The position numbers were made by a program, and so were the translations under genes. Shown here piece after piece: positions 42,318-56,092 of a stretch of 64,000 nt of DNA. Numbering within the stretch: the stretch's first letter is position 1; every line of letters begins with the position of its first letter. The stretch comes from Octopus vulgaris (taxonomy: Eukaryota), in NCBI GenBank assembly GCA_951406725.2, contig OX597836.1:50282001-50346000 (forward strand). The letters are read 5' to 3'. The notes beneath the pieces were generated by a model. The model saw only the letters and a program-made list of their open reading frames with translations. It searched no databases and was not told the origin of the DNA.

Positions 42318-43822
42318 ACGTCTCCTGATCTTAACATCCGATGATAGTTGTAACCGAGCATCATCATCATCAAACAAGCTGTGCCCTTCATCTCCACTCC
42401 TTCATGAAAACATGTCCTGCCATGGGGAAGAGATGACCTAATTTGGAAATGGGTGAAGCAATGGCATCCAGCTGTAGAAAATCTGACCAATGCAAGTATG
42501 GAAAAGTGGACATTAAAATCATGATGACGACGATGACGACGACGATGATGATGATGATGTCAGCATTGTCATCATTATCTTCATCCTCCTCTTTTATTCT
42601 TTAAACTTCATCAACCATTTTAATATCAACCTGTTTGAGACTAAAGTGAACTAAAATATTCACATTTAAATTAAAACCTCCATCAAAATCTCCTCCAGTC
42701 AATCAGGAACCCTTTGACCTCAGTTGCTTAAAACCCCTGCTTAATTAATCTCTATGAAGTGACAAATACTTCACTAAATCTTCCAAGACCCTATTCTAAC
42801 AAGAATGACCCCAGGATATTTCAGTTGGTAGAAAAGCAGCAACAATCACAGAATTCAGGGCAACCATTGAACGAGAAAGTCCAAAGGAAATCTTTCCTGA
42901 TGTTCATGATTCCATTTCTGTGCATTATCGACAACAACGGTCATCAGTTTGAAAACTGGCATTTATAAAAGAAAACTGTAAAGTTTCAGTTATTTTAACT
43001 TCCTCTTCCACAAAAATTTTGATTGCATAAAAATAATTAATTGAGACACTAAGGCAATCTTCTCATTAGATTTATAATTAAGGAAGAGGTCATCATAATT
43101 ACTACGTTTAATGTTCACATATTCAGGTGGTTCCGTGAATGAATGGCAGAAGTGTTGGGTTATGAGATCCCTCTGGTCTGTTCAGCCTTGCTCATCATGT
43201 ATTGGTGCCACAAGAAAACACTGACTGGAACACTTGGGAACTGTGCCAAAGCAGACATGTTTGAGCTCTGAGTCTTTGGGAACAGTCGCACCCAATGGGG
43301 ATGGACTTGGATCAGCCGACCAGCTCATGCCAGCATTGAAAGCAGAAGTACAATGATGATGATGATGATGGGGGGGGGAGAAGGAGGAGGAGGAGGTCAC
43401 CACCACCACCAGCCATAAAGGTGTAATCAAGCTTGCTACAGCAGAAGCAGACATTGTGGTGAAATACATCAAGAAACTGCTACAGTTGGGTAAACATATG
43501 GTATTGATGTGGGTGGGGTTTTAGGTAGGTGGATGGGGTACCCAGGTTCTGTGGTTGCCATCTTTACAGTATTTCACTGACTGGTGGTACAACTAACATC
43601 ATCTTCTTCATTATCATCATCATCATTAAATTTGAAATAAATCTGGCTGCTACTTTTAGCAAACTGACTAAATGGTTCGTTAATTATGGTCTTGATGATG
43701 ACGATGGCAATGGTTATGATGATGATGATGATAAAAGTGGCTGATGTTGTTGTTGTTTAATCTCAAATCAGCTCTGATGAAGATCTACAATCTGAGGCAT
43801 AGCAGCTATATATATATATATA

Positions 43823-45844
43823 TCATCATCATCATCATCATCATCATTGTTTAACATCTGCTTTCCATGTTGGTATGGCTTGGATGATTTGACTAAGGAC
43901 TGGCAAACCAGATGGCTGCACAAGGCTCCAATCTTGATCTGGCAGAGTTTCTACAGCTGGATGCCCTTCCTAACACCAACCACTTCGAGTGTGTAGTGGA
44001 TGCTTTTATGTGCCACCAGCACAAGGGCCAGTCAGGCAGTACTGGTAGCGGCCACACTTAAATGGTGATCTTTGTGTGCCACCTGCACAGGAGCCAGTCC
44101 AGTGGCACTGGCAACGACCTCGCTCGAATATTTTTTTTCCACATGCCACTGGCACAAGTGCCAGTAAGATGATGATGGTGATGATTATGTTTGAATGGTG
44201 CTTTTTATGTGCCACTGGCACAGAAGCCAGTCGGCTGCTCTGGCAACGATCATGCTTGGATGGTGCTCTGAGCACTCCACTACCACAGATGCTAGTCATG
44301 TGGTGCTGTCATTGAATTTGATTTTCATTTCGATTTCACTTGTCTCAACAGGTCTTCGCAAGCAGAGTTTAATGTTCAATGAAGGAAAGGTACGCATAAG
44401 TGCGCTGGTTACACCCCTGGCATAGGCCATGGGTTATGGTCTCACTTGGCTTGATGGGTCTTCTCAAGCACAGTATATTTCCAAAGGTCTTGGTCACTAG
44501 TCATTGCCTCGGTGAAGCTCAGTGTTTGAAGATCATGCTTCACCACCTCATCCCAGGTCTTCCTGGGTCTACCTCTTCCACAGGTTCCCTCAACCACTAG
44601 GGTGTGACACTTTTTCACACAGCTATCCTCATCCATTCTCGCCACATGACCATACCAGCGCAGTCATCTTTCTTGCACGCCACATCTGATACTTCTTAGG
44701 TCCAACCTTTCTCTCAAGGCACTAACACTCTGTCGAGTATGCACACTGACATTACACATCCATCAGAGCATGCTGGCTTCATTCCTTGCAAGCTTACGCA
44801 TATCCTCAGCAGTCACAGCCCATGTTTAACTGACATGTAGCATGGCTGTTCATACATATGCGTTGTACAGTCTACCTCTGAGTGAGAGGCCCTTTGTCAC
44901 CAGCAAAGGTAGGAGCTCTCTGAACTTTGCCCAGTCTATTCTTATTCTAGTAGCTACACTTTCAGAGCACCCACCCCATTACTGACTTGGTCACCTAGGT
45001 AACAGAAGCTATCAACTACTTCTAATTCTTCTCCCTGGAATGTGGCAGAAGTTGGTCTCTGCACATTTTCGATGTTTATTGCTCCCGAGCATCTGCCACA
45101 TACAAAAACTACCTTCCCAGTTAGCCTTCCTTTGATATTGCTGCACCTCTTATGTGTCCATAGCTTACAGTGGGTACATCTTATAGAGTTTCTACCTATG
45201 CCTTTTTTACAGATCGAGCAGGGCCATCTACCTGAAGGGATTTGTGGTTTGCCTGCCTTCCTACTTATTAGGACTTTGGTTTTTGCTAGATTGACTCTAA
45301 GGCCCTTCGATTCTAATCCTTGCTTCCACACCTGAAACTTCTTCTCTTGTTCTGATAGTGACTCAGCAATTAGAGCAAGGTCATCAGCATAGAGGAGCTC
45401 CCAGGGACATCCTGTCTTAAACTCCTCCGTTATTGCCTGGAGGACTATGATGAATAAGAGGGGGCTGAGGACTGAACCTTGGTGGACCCCAACCTCTACC
45501 TGGAATTCTTCACTGTACTCGTTGCCAACCCTCACCTTACTGACAGCGTCCCTGTACATGGCTCGCACGGCTCTCACTAACCATTCATCTATCCCTAGTT
45601 TCCTCATTGACCACCAGATAAGGGATCTGGGTCTTTCTCCATGTCAATGAAAGCCAGGTACAGAGGTTTATGTTTGGCTAGGCATTTCTCCTGCAGCTGT
45701 CTTACCAGAAATATAGCATCAGTGATGCTTTTCCTTGGCACAAACCCAAACTGTATCTCATCCAAACTGACTCTCACCCTAATTAGTTGGGCTATGACCC
45801 TCTCTGTGACCTTCATTACCTGATCCAACAGCTTGATACCTCTA
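43823..45844 (-). mobile_element. RTE-clade LINE, 5'-truncated (RT with PHD-like finger, 3' UTR repeats, (GAT)n tail)
   Basis: YRGIKLL, QFGF, GVHQGSVLSPLLF, LLYADDL, FCYLG, RGRPRKTW. Frameshifts. Flanked by (TA)n. Confidence 0.95.
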
Positions 45845-45870
45845 TATATACATACATACATATATATATA

Positions 45871-45952
<82 letters not shown>

Positions 45953-45956
<4 letters not shown>

Positions 45957-46727
45957 AAACTGAAATGCGAAAAGTTTGTTTGTTTGTTTGTCTGGAACGG
46001 TTTAAAGGCCACTACATCCCATCGGATTGACTCCAAAATTTACAGGGACATGTAAAATGAGATGAGGATGCCAGTGGGCTAGGTTAGAAATCTCTACCTT
46101 AAAAGGTGTCGTTGCTAGGGTCAAAAATCCACTTTGACAAGTCGACTCTCATTCTTTTATGTATCTTTCTTCCTCCATCACTCACTCTATTTCCTTCCCC
46201 CATCACTTTCTATATATAACGGCGTTCTATATCTCCCCCTCCTCCTCCCTGCCTCCCACAGCGCTTTCACACTCTCTCTCTCTCTACGTCTGTCTGCATT
46301 CATAGAGAGAATTATCATCGCCACCACAAACACACAGTCATGAGAACAAATATTATGAATCAGATATTTATTGAGTTCATTTATATATATGTGTGTGTGT
46401 GTTCTATATATAAATATGTATATATACAAAGTGTATATATCTGTATTTATGTATATTAAACTTTTTAATACTTTTTGATAGTTATATATATATTTTTTAA
46501 ATTATAAATATAAATTAATAATTTTTATTTTAAATTTAAATAATTTAAATTTTTCAATTTTATATTGTATATATTTTGTATATTATATTTTTATTTTTAT
46601 GTTTTTGTTTTTTTGTTTTTCACTGTTTGATTTGCCTATTAGTGGTTTTATCTCTAATTTAATTTATACATATATATATGATTTGTATACATTTGTATAT
46701 ATAATGCATGCACACACACACACACAC

Positions 46728-46766
<39 letters not shown>

Positions 46767-47897
46767 GTGTGCATTATGTGGTCGGTTGAACTGAAAATAT
46801 GCACACCTATGTTAAAAGTGCTGGCAAGTTTGCATGACAACTATTTTTTTCCTCAAATGAAAGGCATGACCTCTAAGACAAAATTCCTCATCTTATAAAG
46901 TGTGGCCCCAGTAGACCCGAATCAAATCGGGTTATATTAACCAAAATGTGAAAAGGGGTCTAAATGGGGCTGGAAGGGGATTAAAATTACATCAAGCTAA
47001 AAAATTTGTGCCAGCCTTTTAATCGTCAATGTGTTGCCGTCCATGATGAAGAAGTTTTGAATGCTTGCCATCGTGAGTCTACTGTCGTGAGAAAGAATCA
47101 CTTCAAAACTTGGTGTTTACGAATTTTCTTTTTCATCAAGTTCAAAATTTTACGCCAGCCGTTAAAACTGTCAAAACGTTGCTGTCCGTCGTTAAGAAAT
47201 GCCAGCCATGGTGACTCTACTATCATCAGATTCTATCCCTTCAAACTTTGGTTTCCAATATTTTATTATTTTTATTCAGCTCGCAAGTTCGTCTGTCCCT
47301 TTTAAATGTTAGTGTTTTGCTGTCTGCTTTGAAGCAGACCTTTCCGTTGCCACTGCCTGATATTTATGATTGATTTTTCTAAATATTTTATTTCTCAACT
47401 TACTCAAGATCTTTTGTTGTTTATAAATAGGAGAGAGATAGATAAAGATAGAGAGTAAGAGAAAGCGAGGGAGAGTCCGAGAGAAAAGAAAAGTAAGAGA
47501 GTGGGAAAGTGAGAGAGAAACAAAGAGGGAGAATCATCATCATCATCATCGTTTAACGTCCGTTTTCCATGCTAGCACGGGTTGGACAGTTTGACCGGGG
47601 TCTGGGAAGCCAGGAGGCTGCACCAGGCTCCAGTCTGATCTGGCAGTGTTTCTACAACTGGATGCCCATCCTAACGCCAACCACTCTGTGAGTGTAGTGG
47701 GTGCTTTTTTTTCGTGCCAGGGTGGGTGGCAGTGACCATGATCAGTTGCTGCTTTTTACGTGCCAATGGCACAGAAGCCAGTCAAGACGGCACTGCAATC
47801 GGCCACGTTTGGATGGTGCTTTTTACGTGCTGAAAGGAAGCAACAGAAAGTAACAATCACACTCTTACCCGCGCGTAGAGCGGGTCACCTTAAGCTA

Positions 47898-47898
<1 letters not shown>
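45953..47898 (+). mobile_element. Non-autonomous Helitron-like element with nested repeats
   Basis: 5' TATAAAACTGAAATG...(GTTT)n, similar to the start at 5001. 3' hairpin ACCCGC-GCGTAGA-GCGGGT then CTAG|T. Confidence 0.55.
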
Positions 47899-47947
<49 letters not shown>

Positions 47948-48281
47948 GTATATACATATATATTCATAATTAGACAGATAGATACAAACATACATATTAT
48001 ATATATGTCTGTGTGAGTAGGACTAAATTATTCAATCTATCCTGACTTTAACATGGTAGGGAATGATTTGAGGGAGATTTAGCTGCTATGGAGGAATTTA
48101 ATTGGCTTGGAGTAAGGCTAGCAAAGAGGAAGAGGAGGAGGAGAGATTGGTTATTGGTTTATGTAGCAGATTATATTGGCAGCTGGGCAAGTAATTACAC
48201 ATACACGTGTGTGTGTGTGTATGTGTGTGAGTGAATACATGTATATATGGATGTGCGTGTGTGTATATATATATGTATATG

Positions 48282-48313
<32 letters not shown>

Positions 48314-48469
48314 GGTGAGAAAGTGGTGTGTGAAAGCACATGGTTGAATATATAGAAAATAGTAAAAAGTGAAAAAACTACAGAAGGCTTGTTTTAAAAG
48401 GTTAAAAAATATATTTGAGTCATTATGTCAGAAGAATGTCATAAAATTTTTTCATACAGTAACATAGTT

Positions 48470-48516
48470 TTTTAAGAAATTACCGGTTTCGTGTTAACTT
48501 TTCAAATTTCTCAAAA
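48470..48516 (-). ncRNA. Type I minimal hammerhead-like fold, U3:A8 variant (left arm)
   Basis: Mirror copy of 49692-49738. Confidence 0.7.
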
Positions 48517-49691
48517 CATCGTGTTACGTCTTCGTTATGAAGTGCAAAGAAGAGTTCCAGGTAGGGGGAGGTAATAAGCGATTTTTTCAGGTATAAGGGA
48601 GATAATCGCTTTATATTTATTTTCCCTTTTATTTAATGGGGTGAATTTCTCTGTATAAGAATGTTAGAGTGGTTAAGTTTGGGCTTATATTTTTCAATGA
48701 AGAATGTTTCCTTGTTTAGTCTAATTTGTGTTGGTGTTCCAATAGCACATTGATAAAATGGAAAGATTAAAAATTGTGGTAGTAGTTGCTTTGCGCATTT
48801 CTCAATATGCTCACTAAAGGGTATCATTCTGTATTCTGGGAATGCAATTTGTTGTCGATGCAGAGTGTATCTATGTCTGAGTGATAGTCCCGTGGACCCC
48901 ACGTAGTTTTGGTGGCAGCCCGAGCATCTTATGACATAAATTATGTTTTCAGAAGCACAAGTAAAATTAGATTTGATCTTGAATTTTTGTCCCTCTTTGA
49001 ACCTAGTAATAAGGAAAAACCGAAGATAATCAGCCTTTTAACCAAACCTCTCTCTAACATAAAAATTGACATCCTCTCAAAAGGGCTCAAATTTACTCCA
49101 ACTCCACGCAGAGCCAACCTAAATGAAATCAAGGATAATATAACAGAATTCTGCAGAAAATTAAGACTAGCAGAAGCATCAACCAGTTTCAATACTGAAG
49201 ATGAATCACTAGTCAAGAACAAAAATTCAAGATCAAATCTAATTTTACCTGTGCTTCTGAAAACATAATTTATGTCATAAGATGCTCGGGCTGCCACCAA
49301 AACTACGTGGGGTCCACGCGACTATCACTCAGACATAGATACACTCTGCATCGACAACAAATTGCATTCCCAGAATACAGAATGATACCCTTTAGTGAGC
49401 ATATTGAGAAATGTGCAAAGCAACTACTACCACAATTTTTAATCTTTCCATTTTATCAATGTGCTATTGGAACAACAACACAAATTAGACTAAACAAGGA
49501 AACATTCTTCATTGAAAAATATAAGCCCAAACTTAACCACTCTAACATTCTTATACAGAGAAATTCACCCCATTAAATAAAAGGGAAAATAAATATAAAG
49601 CGATTATCTCCCTTATACCTGAAAAAATCGCTTATTACCTCCCCTACCTGGAACTCTTCTTTGCACTTCATAACGAAGACGCAACACGATG

Positions 49692-49738
49692 TTTTGAGAA
49701 ATTTGAAAAGTTAACACGAAACCGGTAATTTCTTAAAA
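49692..49738 (+). ncRNA. Type I minimal hammerhead-like fold, U3:A8 variant (right arm)
   Basis: UUUUGAGAAAU-UUGAAAA-GU(UAAC)AC-GAA-ACCGGU-A-AUUUCUUAAAA: 11-bp stem I, palindromic ACCGGU stem III, GUA site. Confidence 0.7.
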
Positions 49739-49846
49739 AACTATGTTACTGTATGAAAAAATTTTATAACATTCTTCTGACATAATGACTGAAATATATT
49801 TTTTAACCTTTTAAAACAAGCCTTCTGTAGTTTTTTCACTTTTTAC

Positions 49847-49887
<41 letters not shown>

Positions 49888-50474
49888 CTCAGAAACCACC
49901 TTTATTTCTTTCTCCCCTCTTTCCCTCTAACTCTCTCTCCCTCTCTCTTGTTCCTCCTTCTCTTTCTCCAACTGTCTATCTATCTACCTATCTCTCCAAT
50001 CAAGAAGACTAAGGAATTCACTGAGACCATTCCAGAAGAGCTTCTTTTAGTTTCAGAATGTGTAGCAATTACCTGAACATGTAATACGTGTGTGTGTGTG
50101 GGTGTTTGCATGTGAAAAAGGGAAGGAGGGGTTACAGTGATATGCAATTTCCCTAAACTGATAAATGGTATTTGGTACCTGTAAATCTGGCAATCACTAT
50201 CGTTACAGCTAAACTGAAAGGTGGAAACACTCACAAAACTGATAATCTCAATTTTAATTCACCCCCCCTATTGCCTTCACTATCCAACTCCTCCTCTTCC
50301 TCCACCTCTCTCCAAACTTCTACAATTAATTCTCTCAGGCTTTTTCTCTCTCTCTCTCTCTCTCTCTTTCACTCTGCCCTTTTCGTTTTCGTGTGTGTAA
50401 TACACAAATGTGTATGTGTGCATGTGTCTATATAGATTATATGCACATATAGGTCTCTTCTATTTTTAATTATT

Positions 50475-51400
50475 ATAAATCTTCCACTGAGGAGGGAACC
50501 GGTTCCCAACAAAGATACAAGGCTCCATCTTTGGGACTATGTTTAACACAGACAAATTCACGTTTGCCACTCACAGATTGCACTTGTAATGTACGAATCA
50601 GCCGGTCGATTTCTCTTTCTGAAAATCCCAGTTCATCCAGATTCTCCTTTAAGCATTTACTAACAAAACCCAGTGCTCCAATTATTATCGGTATGAACAG
50701 GAATTCATAGTCTGGATACAGAAACTGGAGGTTTTGAGGCAATTGTCCATAGATATTCTCTTTTTCTTTGTTTTTCAAAGAGACATTTATATCTGCTGGG
50801 CAGCTGACCTCTATCATGGTACATACCTTTGCCCCTCTCTCCCAAACAACAATGTTATGTTTACATTTGACTGAAGTTTTGATGGGAATATTCCACCAGT
50901 ATTCCTTGAGTTGGTGTTTATGAATGTATTCCATAACAGAGGGATTTTCTAAGTTTATTTCAGGAGAGTCTTTTTTGCGGAGGGCATTGTAACTTGTTTA
51001 AGCAACAACATCGTTCCGCATTGGGAGGTTGTACCGTGACAACATTTTAGGACAGTTGCTAATCACATGCATAATGACTTCCACAGAAGCATGACATAGC
51101 CTACACATGGGGTTGCACCTTGGGATTACAAAAGCATCACTGCCTCTCTTGTTCACCAGGTACTTTGTGGCCATCTCCTGTTCATGGATTGCAAATGCAT
51201 AGCCTTCAAAGTGTGATGTGAAGTATGTATAGCACTTGTGACTTTCCATCCATGACCTCTCAGATGACAATTCAGTCCCGTTGTAGATCTGCATGGGTTG
51301 AAGCATATGTGACTGACAAAAGTTGTTAACTTTTTGCCCCCTTCCAACTGGTTAGGTCTGCACATGTCACCACTTTTCCCTCACCATCGGATTTTCAGGA
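50475..51400 (-). mobile_element. Second R4/Dong-like fragment (CCHC and REL endonuclease), degraded
   Basis: FAIHEQEMATK...CRLCHASVEVIMHVISNC, and MIEVSCPADINV...KEKENIY...IIIGALG. Confidence 0.8.
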
Positions 51401-51639
51401 TGAGAAATGAGGTCAGCACAAAGAGATCTCTCTACATAACTGGATTATAGTGATGGGTGCTTGTATGGCACGAGCACCACACCCTCAGGCTCTAATGGTT
51501 GCTGCCTAAGTATGACTGAAAACTGCATCCGGTTGAGCGGCTCCGATTCAGGAGTTGCAGGCTTTTGAGGGCAGTGGAACCACATACAAAGATATATACA
51601 TACATATATACATACACATTCCATCCATCCATCCATCCA

Positions 51640-51681
<42 letters not shown>

Positions 51682-52237
51682 TACATACATACGTACATAC
51701 ATACATACATACGTACATATATGCATACATACGTATATACATGCATACATACATAAATACATACATACATACATATGTGTGTACACGCACAAACACACAC
51801 ACACACACACATATATGCATACATGCATGCACACCCACTCTTCAAAAGCATGTTTGCATAGTATAAGAAGAACTACTCTGATGACGAGGAAACGAGGGTG
51901 ATGGGAGCAAGGGAGGGCAGGTGGTGGGGGAGGGTTGCTACGAGAGCTTAGGGGCTGCTAATGTGTTGGGGTAGAAGATTGGGGTTGGCAGGGATTATCT
52001 CCTCACTCCATACACTATCCTCAGTTTAAATGATGTTGTACACTAGATGGTTGGGTGGGGCTGGAGGTAAAAGGGATGTGGAGGATTAAGGCAATGGGAA
52101 AGAGGGTGGAGGTGGTGGGATGAAGACTAAATCATTTTAATATATTTTATATACTTACATAATATAAAATATTATATTTCATTGGTCTATGTATCTGTGT
52201 AGCATGTATATAAATAGATGTATGTGTAAACACACAC

Positions 52238-52274
<37 letters not shown>

Positions 52275-52275
<1 letters not shown>

Positions 52276-52530
52276 TAGTTGATGGTTGTCTACTCCTTAT
52301 GAAGAGTCTGACCCCCCCTCTTCTACCTACACCTTAGAACCATCTTGGTGCCTGATTTTTAAAGCAGACAATATTTTGAAAAGACACCCACATAGATTGC
52401 ACATCCAATTTGGACCACCAAGAGCTGCAGATAAGTTCTGATCTTTGTGGATCTTAAAATGTGTTTTGAAGCCTTCCTTAGATTTGCAGACCTTCTGGCA
52501 TACATTGCATTCAAAGGTGTGCACAGACAT
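52275..52530 (-). mobile_element. Probable RTE-type LINE 3' end with C2H2 fingers
   Basis: CNVCQKVCKSKEGFKTHFKIH and a degenerate second finger, followed by a stop and short tail into (TA)n. Confidence 0.5.
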
Positions 52531-53802
52531 ATAGGCAGAATAGTTGGTAGAGGTTCATTTTCCATGGGTTCGCAAATGATTTGAGCCCAACATATACATA
52601 CAAACATCTTTCTATATATATTTATGTATATGAAACAATGCATATGTGTTGTTGAAAAGCCAGAAACTGCTGTGATAATTTGGGAACAAGTCCCTTTTGT
52701 CAATGTAGTGTGTTAAAAACAATATACTCCAGCGCTGCAATGAAATGAAATCCTGAAAGCAACTGTGAGAACAACAGATGTGCACTTCACTGTCTTTGCA
52801 GTTTGTCAACGTCATATACTCCAGCAGGAAATCATGTCAGCCAGTCTCAAGTATAGAGAAACAGTTGAGAAACATTTCCCAGGCTTCGCTAAAATAAAAT
52901 TCAAATTATCTTATAGAAGCAGCTCAAGATCAAAATTTTTATCTACAGACATATCTAACATATGTATATTGTGGTGAAGCCAGAATGGTTCCATTCCCTG
53001 GCATGTCTACCTGTCCAACCTCATAAGTGCAACCTCATTAGTGATTACACAAAAGCTGGATTGTCAACACAGTCTCTCAAAGCAGCCCCTATGAACCCTT
53101 AAATGACATAAACTAACACAACTCCCTCACACTTTATTATATGAGACTAAAGGACAATTTTTATCCCCACTACACCCTTCAAAACTTCCATGCTTCCTGA
53201 AATTCACCAACAGCACACCTGATGTCCCTCCATCTTCTTATTTATTTAAAAAGAATTTTTTATTAACGTCCCACTCACGGTTCACTTCCTCTCCATCATT
53301 CCACATACTTTTGGCTACTCTCAGCTGTATTGTACCTGAGCACTGTATACAATAATGATGATGATGATAATGATAATGATCAACATCATCATTATTATTG
53401 TTAATTAGCAGCATATAGTCCAACCTGCCATTGTCTAACACAGACTGGTAGTTTTTTGTAATTAGTTGGTTGCTTGACAAGACCAAACAAAAAAGAAAGC
53501 TACCAATGTTATGACTAGTATCCTCCTCCCCACCCGATGGCTTAATTATCGTGGGAGGTGGAGGGACTGTTTTTCTGGTGGTCATGGTGATGTTGTAGGG
53601 TCGGGATTGGGGTGAGACTTTGATAACATTGGTGGTAACTGTGGGGGTGATGGGAGTGGAAGGGTTGGTTGTGTTTGGGATGGTGGTGGTAGTAACAGTG
53701 GTAATGGAGGTGGTGGTGATGTTAAGAGTGGATTGATGTTTGAAATAATTCTGGGGATGGTTACAATGGGCAGCTCTGATAATGGTGTTGCTGGTGCTGC
53801 TA

Positions 53803-53837
<35 letters not shown>

Positions 53838-54223
53838 GGTGGTGGTGGTGGTGGTGGTGGTGGTGGTGGTATTGGTGGTGGTGGTGGTGGTGATGCCAGT
53901 TTCAAAACTCTGTTCACCGATTCCAAGTCAGCACCAATTCAACTCTTGCTGCCATTAGAATAGTAAACCCTGCCATAGATTTGAACCTAATGAGAAGAGC
54001 TCACCTCTAAAGATGTTTACCTGGGCAGAGTGCCAGGTAACCAGGTAAGTCATCTGGGATATAGATATAGCATGTAACCATGGTTACTTAATAACGAAAA
54101 AAAAAAGAAAAGAAATGTATAAATATATAAAAATAAAACTTCAGTATGAGATTGTAAGGATCAGAACCTTCAAGGTTCAACCTCATTCTGTACTTGATTT
54201 CATTGGTGTATATATACATATAT

Positions 54224-54274
<51 letters not shown>

Positions 54275-54367
54275 CATCACTTACCAAGTCCTTTGTGAGC
54301 TGCTCTCCGGCTATTTATCTGAGGCTTTATATAGCTATGCTACAGCCTCACCTGGAATTTGCATCAC

Positions 54368-54930
54368 TAGTCTGGAACCCCTATCTTGCCCAGGATATTA
54401 ATCATCTGGAAACCGTTCAGTGATGTGCAACCAAGAGAATTCCCTCCATCAGGCCATATCCTGAACGCCTTACTTCCCTGGGCATGGACACATTGAAACT
54501 CCGATGCCTGGCAGCTGACTTGGCAGACACTCATAAAATTATTAACCATCTTACAAACAATAACTCTGAGCACCTTTTCAAACTCCACCTGTCTAACACC
54601 CGTGGACATGTTTAGAAAGTCAGAAAACAGCACAGCTCCCATGACTTTCGGAAACATTTTTTCATGCTAAGAGTTGCTGAAGCATGGAACAAACTGCCGG
54701 CATCAATTGTTAGTTGTCGGAGCACTGCATCCTTCAAAACTTCCATGCCTCCTGAGATTCACCATCACTACACCTGATTTTCTCCCCTCCCCCATACAAA
54801 CGCAAGCATGTATCTGACTCATACACCTATTCACTTCCCAGACATTTGTACATTACTGCATATGCTTTATATGCACTTTTGACAAGTTGTGGTGCACCTG
54901 AGCAGTGTGTACAATAATTTCATTATTATA
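54368..54930 (+). mobile_element. CR1-clade LINE 3' fragment
   Basis: VWNPYL..DINHLETVQ...NTRGH..K...FF..RV..AWNKLP, followed by a 3' UTR ending CACCTGAGCAGTGTGTACAATAAT. Confidence 0.88.
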
Positions 54931-54942
54931 TATACACACACA

Positions 54943-54976
<34 letters not shown>

Positions 54977-55170
54977 TAAATGTAAGATCAGGGATCAAGG
55001 TACTGCAAGAAAGTTAGCTTCAAGCAATCTGTGCTAAATAGAGAAAAAAAACTTTCAAAAGTGGTTTATTGAGACAGAAGTTTGTGGATTTCTTTTGTAC
55101 AATAAACTGGAAAAAGTTCTTTCCATGTTTCACGGTTGGCAACCAGGGTTGCCGGGTGTGTGAATAAGAA

Positions 55171-55463
55171 TACAAGAGTTTAGTAACAGAATAGATAAGA
55201 TCCAGACTACATATGTTTCATGGTGGGCGGAACCTCGGAAGTGGTAAATATCCAAACTCTTCAGGCCAATGTCATCCTGATCGAATCTTCCTTGTGTTAA
55301 CATGTGCCTCCTAAGGACAATGGGAACTTCATTTAATCAAGATGCCCTTGGCCTGAAGAGTAACCTGCGATACACACATCGCTTGGATATTTACCACTTC
55401 CAAGGTTCTGCTCGCTATGAAACATATGTAGCCCGAATTGTATCTACTCCATTCCTTAACTAT

Positions 55464-55465
<2 letters not shown>
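55171..55465. mobile_element. Diverged inverted pair carrying two hammerhead-like cores
   Basis: GGC-CUGAAGA-...-GAAACAUAUGUA-GCC/GUC on + (55350-55433) and on - (55205-55267). Confidence 0.55.
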
Positions 55466-55511
<46 letters not shown>

Positions 55512-55903
55512 AGAAAGAAAAATATGTCAAAATGCACAAGAGGTTTGTATAATAAAATGTTGGTATTAAGATCAGAATGGAACAAATTTTATTATATAAA
55601 CCTCCTGTGTGTTTTTTTATGTATTTTTCCTTCTTAAATATATATAAAATACATTTTATTTGTGAATTAAAACTAGCAGTGGTTTGAAGACCAATGGTAG
55701 CCTCAATGCACTAATAAAGAATCTTCATTGACTGATGTGGTATTGAGCACTCATTCTCATTATTCTATATTAATGTGTGTATGTTTATATATATATATGT
55801 ATGTATATATATATAGTTGGAATTTACAAAAAAGCAAAAGACGAAGACAGGTGTGTAAATAACAAACAGATGTATTAGTTTAACATTCACGAATTTAAAA
55901 AGT

Positions 55904-55939
55904 CTTTTACGTTTCGAGCCAACGCTCTTCAACAGAAAG
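55904..55939 (-). ncRNA. Type I minimal hammerhead-like fold, A6U variant
   Basis: CUUU-CUGUUGA-A-GAGC(GUUG)GCUC-GAA-ACGU-A-AAAG. The sister copy at 28554-28589 has G at the cleavage position. Confidence 0.55.
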
Positions 55940-56061
55940 GAAGACAGAAATAAACAGGGAGAGAAAATAAAAAGAGGTTTAGTGGCTAGTGACCTATCAT
56001 GGTGAATATATACACACATGCACACACATACACACATATATACATATATATATATATGTGT

Positions 56062-56090
<29 letters not shown>

Positions 56091-56092
<2 letters not shown>

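Larger units (their letters stand above)
48313..49852. mobile_element. Penelope-like element, internally deleted, with about 635-bp inverted arms carrying the GIY-YIG endonuclease end and pLTR
   Basis: NIIYVIRCSGCHQNYVGST...RLNKETFFIEKYKPKLN (GIY-YIG) occurs in both arms. The spacer 48991-49218 encodes the PLE N-terminal LSKGLKFTPTP motif. No RT. (TA)n on both flanks. Confidence 0.9.

Noticed and set aside
51875-51900. CTGATGACGAGGAAAC hammerhead-like string
   Set aside because: There is no U16.1/H17 site and no credible stems I and III.
52327-52530. Host C2H2 zinc-finger gene
   Set aside because: No TGEKP linkers, the second finger is broken, and the position before a short tail and (TA)n fits a LINE C-terminus better.
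53939-53986. In-frame TGA in VQIYGRVYYSNGSKS*IGADLES as a selenocysteine or A-to-I-recoded stop
   Set aside because: There is no evidence this frame is coding, and no homology or SECIS was recognised.
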